Assembly (NCBI RefSeq): GCF_006345805.1
Contig: NC_043021.1
Location: 4,340,001 to 4,404,000 of the forward strand
Source: Octopus sinensis
Taxonomy: Eukaryota
Length of the DNA: 64,000 bases
Direction of reading: 5' to 3'
In this document: positions 51,976-64,000 of the stretch, one piece after another
Numbering within the stretch: the first letter of the stretch is position 1
Layout of the letters: the number at the start of each line of letters is the position of its first letter
The notes under the pieces: model-generated
Seen by the model: the letters and a program-made list of their open reading frames with translations, nothing else
The model's database searches: none
What the model was told of the DNA's origin: nothing
Made by a program: the position numbers and the translations under genes

Positions 51976-53490
51976 GTCTAAAGTGTTGTTTTTTTTTTAT
52001 ATTTTTTCCTTTAAATTTTATCTGGCAGTTAACCAGAAGTAAAGGAATTTTAGCATTAAGTTCATTTTAAAATAATATTGAAAGGAAAAAGAAAAAAAAA
52101 TCAATGAATTTCTAAGTTTTCTAATCACATTTTCTGAATTCTCTTGTGAAAGTTTCAGTTTCATTCTAGCAATTTTAGACAAGCATTCAAAAACAAATAA
52201 AACTAAAAATATTTAAAAACTAAATGAACGTGGGGGTGCAGTGAGAAGCTTACTTCCCAACCATATGATTCCAGGTTCAGTTCCACTGTGCGTCACCTTG
52301 GACAAGTGTCTTCTATAGCCTCAGGCTGACCAAAGACTTGTGAGTGGATTTGGTAGACAGAAACCAAAAAAAGCCTGTCATATATATATATATATATTTG
52401 TATCTGCTTTTGTGTTTATGTTTGTCCTGTCAGCACTTGACAACCAGTGTTGGTTTGTTTACATCCCCATAACTTAGCAATTTGGCAATAGAAACTGATA
52501 GAATAAGTACTAGGCTTAAACAAAAAGTAAGTATAGAGGGGTAAATCATTCAACTAAAAATTATTCAAGGTGGTGCCCCAGCATGGTTGCAGTCTAAGGA
52601 CAGGAAAACTTTAATTTCATGACCAACTGAATTTTGTAAAAAAAAAAAAAAAAAGAATCAAAGAACAGAAAAATAGGAGAGATTTACATTCACGTAATTT
52701 ATATATATATATATATCATCATCATTTAATGTCTGCCTTCCTTGCTAGAATGGTGGGACTTGTATGTATATATACACATATATATATAAATGAGGGTGCA
52801 TGGCATAGTGGTTAGGGTGTTGCACTTACAATCGCTAGATTGTGATTTCAATTCTTACACTGGGTGGTGAATTGTGTTCTTGAGCAAAACTGTTTTTTTT
52901 AAAAAAAGTCAAGGGCGACAATCTAGAAAAAATTTTAAATTTTATACAGTTACCACTATACAGTTGTCGGTTTTCCAACCCCACTGTTTATATGAATTTA
53001 AACAAATGTCCAACTCAACTGCTTATTCAACCCCCACCCCTTTTATTTGGTATATGGAGAGTATGTATGTATAGGAAATAAGTGGTGCTGGTTGTGGGGT
53101 TATGGAAATAATAGTATAGTGAAAGCTATTCAGTGACAAAAGAAATAATTATGATACAACTTCAAGCTGTGAAATATCAATGTGGCTGCAGATTTCAAAT
53201 GTCATGTGGAAACATAACAGGAAATGTACTTAATTCAAATAGAAATTATTGTAGCTTCAAATTCAGGCACAAGACCTGGAATTGGGAGGGAAAAAGCAGG
53301 GATTGGAGAGGAGGGGATTAATCGATTAAATCGTCCCCGGTATTTGGCCAGTATTTTATTTTATTAGGAATTCTGCAGGGATGAACAACAAAACTTATCT
53401 CAGCAAGATCTGAGCTCAGAATGTAAAGAGCTGGAACAAATATTGCAGTCATTTCATCTGACAATAACAATGCTACTAATCTATCAGCTT

Positions 53491-53491
<1 letters not shown>

Positions 53492-53534
<43 letters not shown>

Positions 53535-53619
53535 GAAGAAGAAGAAAAGAAGAAGAAGAAGAAGAAGAAGAAGAAGAAGAAGAAGAAAAAGAAGAAGAAG
53601 AAGAATAATAATAATAATA

Positions 53620-53718
<99 letters not shown>
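53492..53718. repeat. Compound (AAT)n(AAG)n(AAT)n microsatellite at the tail of a family C SINE (53716-54064, minus strand)
   Basis: Direct reading of the sequence. Confidence 0.95.
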
Positions 53719-54831
53719 CGTCATCGTTTAACGTCCGTTTTCCATGCTGGCATGGGTTGGACGGTTTTGACTGAGGGCTGGCGAACCAGACGGCTGCACC
53801 AGGCTCCAATCTTGATCTGGAAGAGTTTCTACAGCCGGATGCCCTTCCTAATGCCAACCACACCGAGAGTGTAGTGGGTGCTTTTTACGTGCCACCTGCA
53901 TGGGGGCCAGTCAGGCGGTACTGGCAATGACCTCGCTCGAATCTTTTTACACGTGCCACTGACACAGGTGCCAGTGAAGCGACGTTGGTAACGATCACGC
54001 TCGAATGGTGCCCTTTTTACATGCCGTGGGTACGGAAGCCAGTTGGCTGCTCTGGCAACGATCACATTATTTTTATTATTACTATTATTGGCAAAATTGT
54101 AGCATGCTGGGCAAAATGCTTAGTGGCATTTTGTCCATCCAAATACTGCCAAAGTTGACTGTACCTTTCATCCTTTTTTTGGTGGGTGGTTGATAAAATA
54201 AGTACAAGTTGAGGCCATTGTAATCGACTTATACCCTGCCTTGAGCTTGATGGCCTTGGGCCAAAATTTTAAGTGATTATTATCATTATTACTAAAGCTG
54301 GCAGAATTGTTAGCACGCCATGCAAAATGCTTAGCGACATTGCATCCATCCTTATGTTCTGAGTTCAAATTCCGCCAAAGTCAACTTTGCCTTTCATCCT
54401 ATCAGGATCAATAAAGTACCAGTGAAACACTGGGGGCCAATCTAATCAACTAGTCCCCTCCCCCCAAATTTCAGGCTTTGTGCCTTTAGTAGAAAAGATT
54501 ATTATTATTATTACTGAAAAGTAATGTTTGTTGCCACTTCAACATGGCTGTTCTGTTGATTCTCACAAGGACACCCCTATCCCACCCGCAGAATAGTAGC
54601 ATAACAATACTTCTTAAGCAATAAAATAAGTTGAGTAAACAAAATATATATCCACATAGGTGCATGCATGACCACGTGGCAAGAAGTTTGCTTCCCAACC
54701 ACATGGTTCCAGGTTCAGTCCCACTGTGTGACACCATGAGAAAGTGTCTTCTCCTAAAGCCTCAGGCTGACTGAAGTCTTGTCAGTGGATCTGATAGATG
54801 GAAACTGAAAGAAGCCTGTCATATATATGTA

Positions 54832-56102
54832 CTGGGCCATCCCATAAATAACAAATTTTTTTATACTTCTTTTATTTTTCAAAATTAAGAAAAACAAAGT
54901 TTTTTTTAAATCTAAATATACTCTCCTTCATTTCCTACAATGCTCTCCCATCTATCTGGTAGACTTGCAAGGTCCTTTTTCTAAAATTCACTTGTCTGTG
55001 ATGAAAAATATTCCTCCAGTACTGTTCTGACCTCATCTACAGAATTCATATTTTTTCTGTCCAAATGATTTTGAAGACTGTGGAATAAATGATAATCAGA
55101 TGGGGCAATGTCTGACGAATATGGTGGGTGGGGCATCGTTTCCCATTCAAACTGCTTCGGCCTTTGGAATGTCATCCCTGTTGGATGTGGTCAAGCATTA
55201 CCCTGATAGAAGAACACCTTTTGTCTTGAAACCAAAGATGGTGCTTTTCTTCTAGCGCTGACTTAAGCTGCTCATAGAAGATCTCCTTTGTTATCATTTG
55301 GTTTGGGTTTAAAAGTTCAAAGTGGACTAAACATTTCATATCCCACCAAACAGATAACACCTTATGTGGATGAAGACCTTCTTCAGCCTGGGGTGCCAGT
55401 ATTTTTCCTTTCCTTACCCATTGTCTCCGGCACTTGACATTTTTATAGAGAACCCATATCTTGTCACTAGTCACTATTTGGTCCGAAAAAGGTTCATTCA
55501 TGAGATGTGACAGCAAAGAAGAGCACACATTCACTCTCTGTGTGAGATTAGACTGGGAAAGTTTGTGATGAACCTACTGACCCAATTTGCTGGCTTTTCC
55601 AATGGCACGCAAGTGTCAATGAATGGTTGAATGACCAAATCCAATCTTCTTTGCTAGTTCGACAGTTATGAGGAGATTTTGTTCCACCAGGGTTTGCAGG
55701 ACATCCTTGCCAAGCTCTACAGATCTTCCAGGACGAGGCTCATCTTCTAGGATGTAATTTCCGGATCGGAATTTCTGGAATCACCGTTGACACTGGCTTA
55801 TGCTTATTGTCCAATCCCCATATACTACATTAATATTCCTCGCACTTTCCATTGCATTGTTGCCTTTATTGAAGGCATAAATCAAAATATGTTGAATATG
55901 CTCCTTTGTCACTTCCATTATAGCTTTGAAAAAATAACTATTAAAACTGAAGTACACTCTTCAAAACTTGCACTAAGAATAAGCATGAGGTAAAATTACT
56001 ACCTGCTTTTATAGCAAATTGATGCAGGTAGTTTATCCTGTCCCTCTCCGACTTTTAGTTCATGTAATTGAAAAAAACTGCATTATTTATGGGATGACCC
56101 AA
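54832..56102 (-). mobile_element. Full-length degenerate mariner element (1271 bp) inserted in a family A SINE
   Basis: TIRs (C/T)TGGG(C/T)CATCCCATAAATAA with TA TSDs; SINE halves on both sides (about 54658 and 56310). Confidence 0.9.
54930..55918 (-). pseudogene. Mariner D,D,D-type transposase pseudogene
   Basis: MEVTKEHIQHILIYAFNKG...EDEPRPGR...*VHHKL...DQIVTSDKIW...HPPYSSDIAPSDYHLF, with stops and frameshifts. Confidence 0.9.
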
Positions 56103-56368
56103 TATATATATGTGTGTGTGTGTTTGTTTACCACTTACTGCTTGACAACCGGTGTTGGTGTGTTAACATTCCTGTAACTTAGCAGTTTGGTTTGGCGAAA
56201 GAGAGCAATAGAATAAGTACCAGGATTTATAAAAATAAGCACTGGGATTAATTCTTTTTTGGACTAAAACTTTTTAAGGTGATGCCCCAGCATAGCCACA
56301 ATCTGAAACAAGTAACAGATACACATATGACATACATACATGCATATACATCTATGTATATATATATC

Positions 56369-56419
<51 letters not shown>

Positions 56420-56940
56420 TCACCCACAAGAAATACGTTAGGATATAAAACTAATTAACAAGAAATGGAATAGCAGCATTAAGTTACGTATCAATAACGA
56501 GCGTATTTAAGTCAAGCTTAAGTGACTAACTTTTATTAAGCTGTTGCTCAAAAGTTTACTCATTCCGTTACTTCAGGAGGGGGCTGCGCATTTCTTGACA
56601 ACGAGAGCTTTTCTACATCGTCGTTCAACCTGCTAAAAACTACTGTCAAAATCTCCCAAAAGCATACACTACTATTATAAAAAGGAAGGAAAAGTATGTT
56701 AAATAATAATAATAATAATAATATGTATAGTCCTACTTGCTCTCTCTCTCTCCCTACACACACACTCACACAAATACCAAGCTGGTTACGGTCAGAATGC
56801 TTTTGATCATAGGTAGGTCTGCGCAATCAAGGTTAACCCGATGCCAAACAGCTACTTATTTCTCCACTGATTACTAATTAAGGTAAAAAAAATTTTTTAA
56901 AAAAAACAACTTCAACATTAAAAATAAAGATCAGCCTTAC

Positions 56941-57008
56941 CTGTAACGAAGCTTGTCCATGCTCCTTTTTGTGTATGGAGTCGGATCGTAATACTACACA
57001 TTCCATAG
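56941..57008 (-). CDS. Candidate ATG-containing exon MECVVLRSDSIHKKEHGQASLQ (phase 0 donor)
   Basis: Poly-T tract plus GTCAG acceptor, CAG|GTAAGG donor, CpG-retaining unique sequence; phase compatible with exon 22553-22672. Confidence 0.4.
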
Positions 57009-59263
57009 CTGACAGCAGGTGGTAAAAAAAAAATCTACGTCAACTATCAATATACATAAATATATATATATACCTTTATATATACATATATTTATATATG
57101 TATGCTAGATCGTTTGTGTATATATTAAAGTATATACGTATTCATATGTGTATAGAAAGTATGACAGCAATGTTTTTTAAACTCTTAGCTTTCGTAAAAG
57201 AAGCATTGAAAATTTTTTTGCCAGTTTTTAAATAATCAAAACCAACAAGTAACGCCAGTATTAAAAACCTACATCCGCCCTAGATGTAACTTTAAAAATA
57301 TATTCCTTCATAGACATATATTTATAAGCTGATATGTGTAAGGTATTTCCATTAGTGCACGGAAGTCCAACAGGTATTAGAGACAGATATAAATAAAAAA
57401 AATGTTATTAAAATTCTATATTAGAGATCTGAGAGGAGAGTAGGAGGAAAGGAAGGAAGAAAAGAAGAGCACTTTAAATGATTGCTGACTGACTGATTGT
57501 TACGATGTGGGTAGGTAAACATCAACATATCCCAGCTTTTGCATATACACACCTTAATGTGACCAGGTAACAGCGGATTTTGTGTATACACACTTGTAAT
57601 CAAACACACACACACATGATTTTTCCCACTTTATAATAAATAGTAGGCTTTGTCACTCCCTGACTTAGTTTAAAAAAGAAAAAGGCCAGCGAGAAAGCTT
57701 GTCAGTCTAGTATTTGATAGCCTTCATTGAAGGTCAGTATATAAATATATATAAGGTATACCTTTTCAATACCTGAAGTTACCTTTTTTTTTTAGCAAGC
57801 TGGTGGTGAAACACGATTAAAAATATATTAGCAAATAAAAGGAGAAAAAGTTTGATTATTTATTTTACAATATGTTATAGCCATCGTCACTCACTTAACG
57901 TAGTTTTCCATGCTTGCATGGGTTAGATTGAATTTTGTTGAGGAAAGTTTCCGATACCTGTGTGCTCTTCCTGTCACTAATCTTAACTTGTTTCCAAGCA
58001 ACGTATACTTCCACATGGCCAGACATGGTTTTAACATTAGAATGAAAATGAACAACCCCTCTTGTGCGGTGATGCTCGTTTACAACAGGACATAGTGTCT
58101 AGACAAAAGTATACACACACGCACATGCACACAATATATCTTTTATCTGTTTGTCATTAGACTGCGGCTATACTGGAGCACAGTCTTGAAGAGCTTTTAG
58201 TCGAATGAATCGAGCCTAATACTTTTTTTTCCCCCCTCAGCCTGTTATTCATTCTGTCTCTTTTTGCCAAACTGCTAAGTTACAGAGACGTAAACAAACT
58301 GACAAACGGTGGGGAGACACACACACACACACACACACACGTATATACAACAGGCTTCTTTCAGTTTTAATCAATCAAATCCACTCACAAGGCTTCGGTC
58401 AGCCTAAGGCTATACTAGGAGATACTCACCCAGGGTGCCACGCAGTGGGACTGAACCTAGAACCATGTGGTTGGAAAGCAACCTTCTTACTACACAACTA
58501 TGCCTATATAGATACACACACACACACATCCATGACTGCATACACACACAAGCACAATGGGCTTCTTTCAGTTTCCATCTATCAAATCTACTCATAAGGC
58601 TTTTGTCAGCCCTGAGCTATAGCAGTAGATACTTGTTCAAGGTCCCATGAAATAAAAGTGAATCCAAAATTACTTGGTCAAAAAGCAAGTTTCTTAACCA
58701 CTTATGCCTTTTTTTTATATTGTAAAATAATATTTGAATAAAATATTGATATTGTAAAAGAAAAAATAACAAGTCCAGAAAAATGAGAGCTGAAGAAATG
58801 TAAAGTTAAAATCAACACAAAATGAAGTCTTTTATGGTTTAAACTTTTTGCAGTTACAGATGCTGATGCTTGTGGTAACAAGCTTCCCTCCCAACCACAC
58901 GGTTCTGGGTTCAATCCCATTGTGTGGCACCTTGGGCAAGTGTCTTTCTACTATAGCCTCAGGCTGACTGAAGCCTTGTGAGTGGATTTGGTAGACGGAA
59001 AGATAGGATAAATATTTCAATTACCTGAAGATTGACTGTAACCATAACTTGAATTATTACGAATTGGACAGCCATGAAACGATTGTAGTGTTTTACTCAT
59101 TATCTTTTATTAAACTTTTAATACTTTTGATATATATTTAAAATAATATAAATTAATTAATTTTATGTATTGGCTTAAGTTTTTCATTGTTTGATTTGCC
59201 TAATAGTGGTTTTATCTCTAATTTAATATAATATATATAATATATAATATATAATATATATAT

Positions 59264-59560
59264 ATTCTTTTACTTCTTTCAGTCATTTGACTGCAGCCAT
59301 ACTGGAGCACCACCTTTAGTTGAACAAATCGAACCTAGGACTTATTCTTTGTAAGCCTACTACTTATGCTATCAGCCTCTTTTGCTGAACTGCTAAGTTA
59401 CGAGATTCTTTCAGTTTCCATCTACTAAATCCACTCACAAGGCTTGGCTAGTCCAAGGCTATAATAGAAGACACCCAACATGCCACACAGTAGGACTGAA
59501 CCCAGTTAGGAAGCAGGCTTCTTACCACACAGCCACTCATATATAATAAATATATTATAT

Positions 59561-59621
<61 letters not shown>

Positions 59622-60281
59622 TTAGGGAATAAATTATTATTCCAACCTTACAGGTAAAATTCAGTATAATAATATTAGACCAAATTCGTAATATATAATA
59701 TATGTATATAACTAATTTAGAGACGAACCACCATTCCACAACTCAGTCAATGAAGAACCCATCCAAAACCATGTTGTAAGACATATACCATACAAAATAC
59801 TAATCTATAATTTTAATAATCTATAATATTGAACAGAAGGCGGCGAGCTGGCAGAAACGTTAGCACACCGGGCAAAATGCGTAGCCATATTTCGTCTGCC
59901 GTTACGTTCCGAGTTCAAATTCCACCAAGGTCGACTTAACCTTTCATCCTTCCGGGATCGATAAATTAAGTACCAGTTACGCACTGTGGTCGATGTAATC
60001 GACTTAATCTCTTTGTCTGTCCTTGTTTGTCTCCTCTATGTTAGCCCCTCGTGGGTAGTAAAGAAATATATAATATTGAACAGTAAGCTTATTGCAATCA
60101 TATAATATATCAGAGCAAATACTTTTAAAATCACAGCGAATACCATAGTATAAAACATTCATCATAAAAATATTAATCTAAAATCAAATAAAGTATAAAT
60201 TGAACAATAAAATTAGTAATATAATGTATAAAAGTAAGTACTTGGACATTGACTACGCGCATTTCACGGCTGAATTAGGGC

Positions 60282-60315
<34 letters not shown>

Positions 60316-60609
60316 ATATATATTATTCTTTTACTTCTTTCAGTCATTTGACTGCAGCCATACTGGAGCACCACCTTTAGTTGAACAAATCGAACCTAGG
60401 ACTTATTCTTGTAAGCCTACTACTTATGCTATCAGCCTCTTTTGCTGAACTGCTAAGTTACGAGATTCTTTCAGTTTCCATCTACTAAATCCACTCACAA
60501 GGCTTGGCTAGTCCAAGGCTATAATAGAAGACACCCAACATGCCACACAGTAGGACTGAACCCAGTTAGGAAGCAGGCTTCTTACCACACAGCCACTCAT
60601 ATATAATAA

Positions 60610-60671
<62 letters not shown>

Positions 60672-61337
60672 AATATTAGGGAATAAATTATTATTCCAAC
60701 CTTACAGGTAAAATTCAGTATAATAATATTAGACCAAATTTCGTAATATATAATATATGTATATAACTAATTTAGAGACGAACCACCATTCCACAACTCA
60801 GTCAATGAAGAACCCATCCAAAACCATGTTGTAAGACATATACCATACAAAATACTAATCTATAATTTTAATAATCTATAATATTGAACAGAAGGCGGCG
60901 AGCTGGCAGAAACGTTAGCACACCGGGCAAAATGCGTAGCCATATTTCGTCTGCCGTTACGTTCCGAGTTCAAATTCCACCAAGGTCGACTTAACCTTTC
61001 ATCCTTCCGGGATCGATAAATTAAGTACCAGTTACGCACTGTGGTCGATGTAATCGACTTAATCTCTTTGTCTGTCCTTGTTTGTCTCCTCTATGTTTAG
61101 CCCCTCGTGGGTAGTAAAGAAATATATAATATTGAACAGTAAGCTTATTGCAATCATATAATATATCAGAGCAAATACTTTTAAAATCACAGCGAATACC
61201 ATAGTATAAAACATTCATCATAAAAATATTAATCTAAAATCAAATAAAGTATAAATTGAACAATAAAATTAGTAATATAATGTATAAAAGTAAGTACTTG
61301 GACATTGACTACGCGCATTTCACGGCTGAATTAGGGC

Positions 61338-61371
<34 letters not shown>

Positions 61372-61380
61372 ATATATATA
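59264..61380. repeat. Near-identical ~1.06-kb tandem duplication bounded by (TA)n
   Basis: 59264-60324 is repeated at 60325-61380; visible differences are single-base homopolymer indels and TA-tract length. Confidence 0.95.
59837..60068 (+). mobile_element. SINE family B with 15-bp TSD (duplicated copy near 60893)
   Basis: TSD TATAATATTGAACAG at 59822-59836 and 60069-60083. Confidence 0.9.
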
Positions 61381-61414
61381 TATTAGGACTATATATATAT
61401 ATATATATTCTAGC

Positions 61415-61462
61415 AAAAACTGTCCGATGAACGGCAATGTGAAACTCAGAGTAACAGGTTTT
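61415..61462 (+). ncRNA. Type-I hammerhead-like motif, U4C core variant, in a probable Penelope-like fragment
   Basis: Stem I AAAA-A-CTGT / ACAG-G-TTTT, core CCGATGA, stem II ACG-GCAA-TGT, GAA, stem III ACTC-A-GAGT, GUA triplet. Confidence 0.65.
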
Positions 61463-61560
61463 GTAGAATTTTCTGCTGCTTTAAATAAAGCATTTTACTC
61501 TACCACTGGTATTTGAGTACTCTTTTTTTCCACCTTGTTTCACATTTATGTGTTTACTCC

Positions 61561-61598
<38 letters not shown>

Positions 61599-61839
61599 TG
61601 TTTTGCAAGATTTTTGATGTGAAATCGTGTGTTGAAACAGATATTGTTGTATTTAGGAATGGTCATTTTGCCAGTTTAGCCAATAAAAACACACGCACTA
61701 TATAGTTGGTATTACTTTGCTTCAGCGTTATTTATTTTTTACATTAATCTTAATCTTATTTCGGCCAGAGTTCTTTATATATATATATATCGTGCTAGCG
61801 TGGAAAACGGACGTTAAACCATGATGATGATATATATAA

Positions 61840-61887
<48 letters not shown>

Positions 61888-61894
61888 TAGAGAG

Positions 61895-61952
<58 letters not shown>

Positions 61953-62253
61953 ACTAAATATGTGTGAGTGTCTCCCACCACTGCTTGACAACCGGGACTG
62001 GTATGTTTACATACCTGTAACTTAGCAGTTCCTGCAAAAGATACTAATAGAATAAAGTACTAGACTTAAAAATAATAAGTCCTGGGGGTTGATTTGTTTG
62101 ACTAAGAAACACTTTAAGGCAGTGCCCCAGCATGGCCACGGTCAAATGACTGAAACAAGTAAAAGACAAAAGTTTCAGAAATAAGAGCCAGAAACGAAGG
62201 CATGGCAGAGATTGAGAAGAAATGAATGTGGTTATCAAAATTTTGCAAACAGT

Positions 62254-62631
62254 GCTAACCAACTACATGGTTCCAGGTTCAGTCCCACTTCGTGGCATCT
62301 TGGGCAAGTGTCTTCTGCTATAGCCCCGGGCTGACCAATGCCTTGTGAGTGGATTTGGTAGACGGAAACTGAAAGAAGCCTGTCGTATATATGTATATAT
62401 ATATATATATATATATGTGTTTGTGTGTATGTGTTTGTCCCCCTAGCATTGCTTGACAACTGATGCTGGTGTGTTTACATCCCCGTCACTTAGCGGTTCG
62501 GCAAAAGAGACCGATAGAATAAGTACTGGGCTTACAAAGAATAAGTCCCGGGGTTGATTTGCTCGACTAAAAGGTGGTGCTCCAGCATGGCCACAGTCAA
62601 ATGACTGAAACAAGTAAAAGAGTAAAAGAGT
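62254..62631 (+). mobile_element. SINE family A
   Basis: Near full-length copy. Confidence 0.9.
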
Positions 62632-63015
62632 GAAATGGAAAAGAGAAAAACATTTCATCATCCGTTGGCAGAAATATAAAATATTTGACAAGAATGTTTT
62701 TATGTTAAAGAATGCAGTACATTGACTGTGTTTGGCAAAAGCAAGAATTTGTTGGAAACTATTCAGTGTAGTATAAAACAAGCTAACCTCAGATATTTAA
62801 TGATTTTTTTTTTTTTGATTTTGTTAACACAAAAGGTAATATTCTGAGAGATATTCATTCACTATGTAAGGGAAATAAACTGACACTGATAGACTGCGGA
62901 CAATACAGTATGTTGTTGTTGTGAAGGGAGATTTGGCCATCAGGCTGATAGAAGACATGATGTTAGTGTTAACAATGGTGGTGACCAGCCCAAGGAAAAA
63001 CAAAAACCTTTGATA

Positions 63016-63754
63016 AAAGACCTGGGTGTTATTGTCGACAGTGATTTGCGTTGGACAAAATACATCGCTAAAATTGTTAAGAAGGCTGAGGGTGTCTTGG
63101 CATCACTCACCAAATCCTTTGTGAGCCACTCTCCGACTATCTATCTGCGGCTTTATATAGCTATGGTAAGACCTCACCTGGAATTTGCATCACCGGTCTG
63201 GAACCCCTATCTTGCCCAGGATATCAATCCTCTGGAAACCGTTCAGCGACGTGCAACTAAAAGAATACCCTCCATCAGGCATTTGCCATATCCTGAAAGC
63301 CTTACTTCCCTGGGCATGGACACATTGAAACTCCGACGTCTGGCAGCTGACTTGGCAGACACCCATAAAATTATCAACCATCTTACAAACAATAACTCTG
63401 AGCATCTTTTCAAACTCCATCCATCTAACACCCGTGGACATATTTACAAAGTCAGAAAACAGCACAGCTCCCGTGACTTCAGGAAACATTTTTTCACGCT
63501 GAGAGTTGCTGAAGCATGGAACTGCTGGCATCAGTTGTTAGTTGTCGGAGCACTGCATCCTTCAAAACTTCCATGCTTTCTGAGATTCGCCAACACTACA
63601 CCTGATTTTCTGCCCTCCATACACACACAAACATGTATCTGACTCATGCATTGTTCGCTTTCCAGACATTTGTACATTACTGCATGTACTTTATACGCAC
63701 TTTCTGACAAGTTGTGGTGCACCTGAGCACTGTATACTATAATTTCATTATTAT
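63016..63754 (+). mobile_element. 5'-truncated CR1-type LINE (ORF2 C-terminus and 3' UTR)
   Basis: KDLGVIVDSDL...MVRPHLEFASPVWNPY...VQRRATK...TRGH...FFTLRVAEAWN; frameshift near 63520; (ATT)n-like tail. Confidence 0.9.
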
Positions 63755-64000
63755 AAGGCATTCCAGCCAAACCATGCTGTTGTTTTATATATCGGGAACT
63801 ACATTGTCTGATATGTTTTTCCTCTTTGAAAAGGTCAGTGTGTATGATTTGTAGGAGATTTGGTTTTTGTTTACAGATAACTGAATGACCCTGTAGATCA
63901 GTGTTTCCCTACCATTTTGATTACTATTTTACTTAGGTATACTCACCTAGTCATCTGATGTTTAAAAATCATATATTTTAATAATTAAATATTATCAGGA

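Noticed and set aside
56560-56629. Second minus-strand exon after the MECVV exon
   Set aside because: In-frame stop after 18 codons and a weak donor; at most a UTR or uORF exon

Overview
AT-rich metazoan genomic DNA, almost certainly from an octopus (coleoid cephalopod). This attribution rests on my recognition of the repeat families and was not checked by a database search. The window looks like the introns of a large minus-strand gene. Only one exon is well supported: 22553-22672, 120 nt, phase 0/0, encoding a coiled coil that loosely resembles JAKMIP proteins. A few weaker exon candidates sit in repeat-free islands. The rest is a dense, nested repeat landscape: four SINE-type families, CR1 and RTE LINE remnants, three Tc1/mariner relics, three non-autonomous Helitrons, piggyBac-type (TTAA) and hAT (8-bp TSD) MITEs, and mini/microsatellites. 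Nearly all ORFs in the supplied track are artefacts of these repeats. Most notable observations: (1) a 5.8S rRNA fragment fused to a SINE, both inside one 15-bp target-site duplication; (2) four unrelated minimal type-I hammerhead-ribozyme-like motifs of Penelope type, each with one non-canonical core base; (3) an isolated 104-bp-arm hairpin with an 8-nt loop; (4) a head-to-tail SINE multimer with a fixed junction; (5) an unclassified, young-looking retro-insertion with an (AAGT)n tail. No CRISPR array, intact tRNA/rRNA gene or intact transposase was found.
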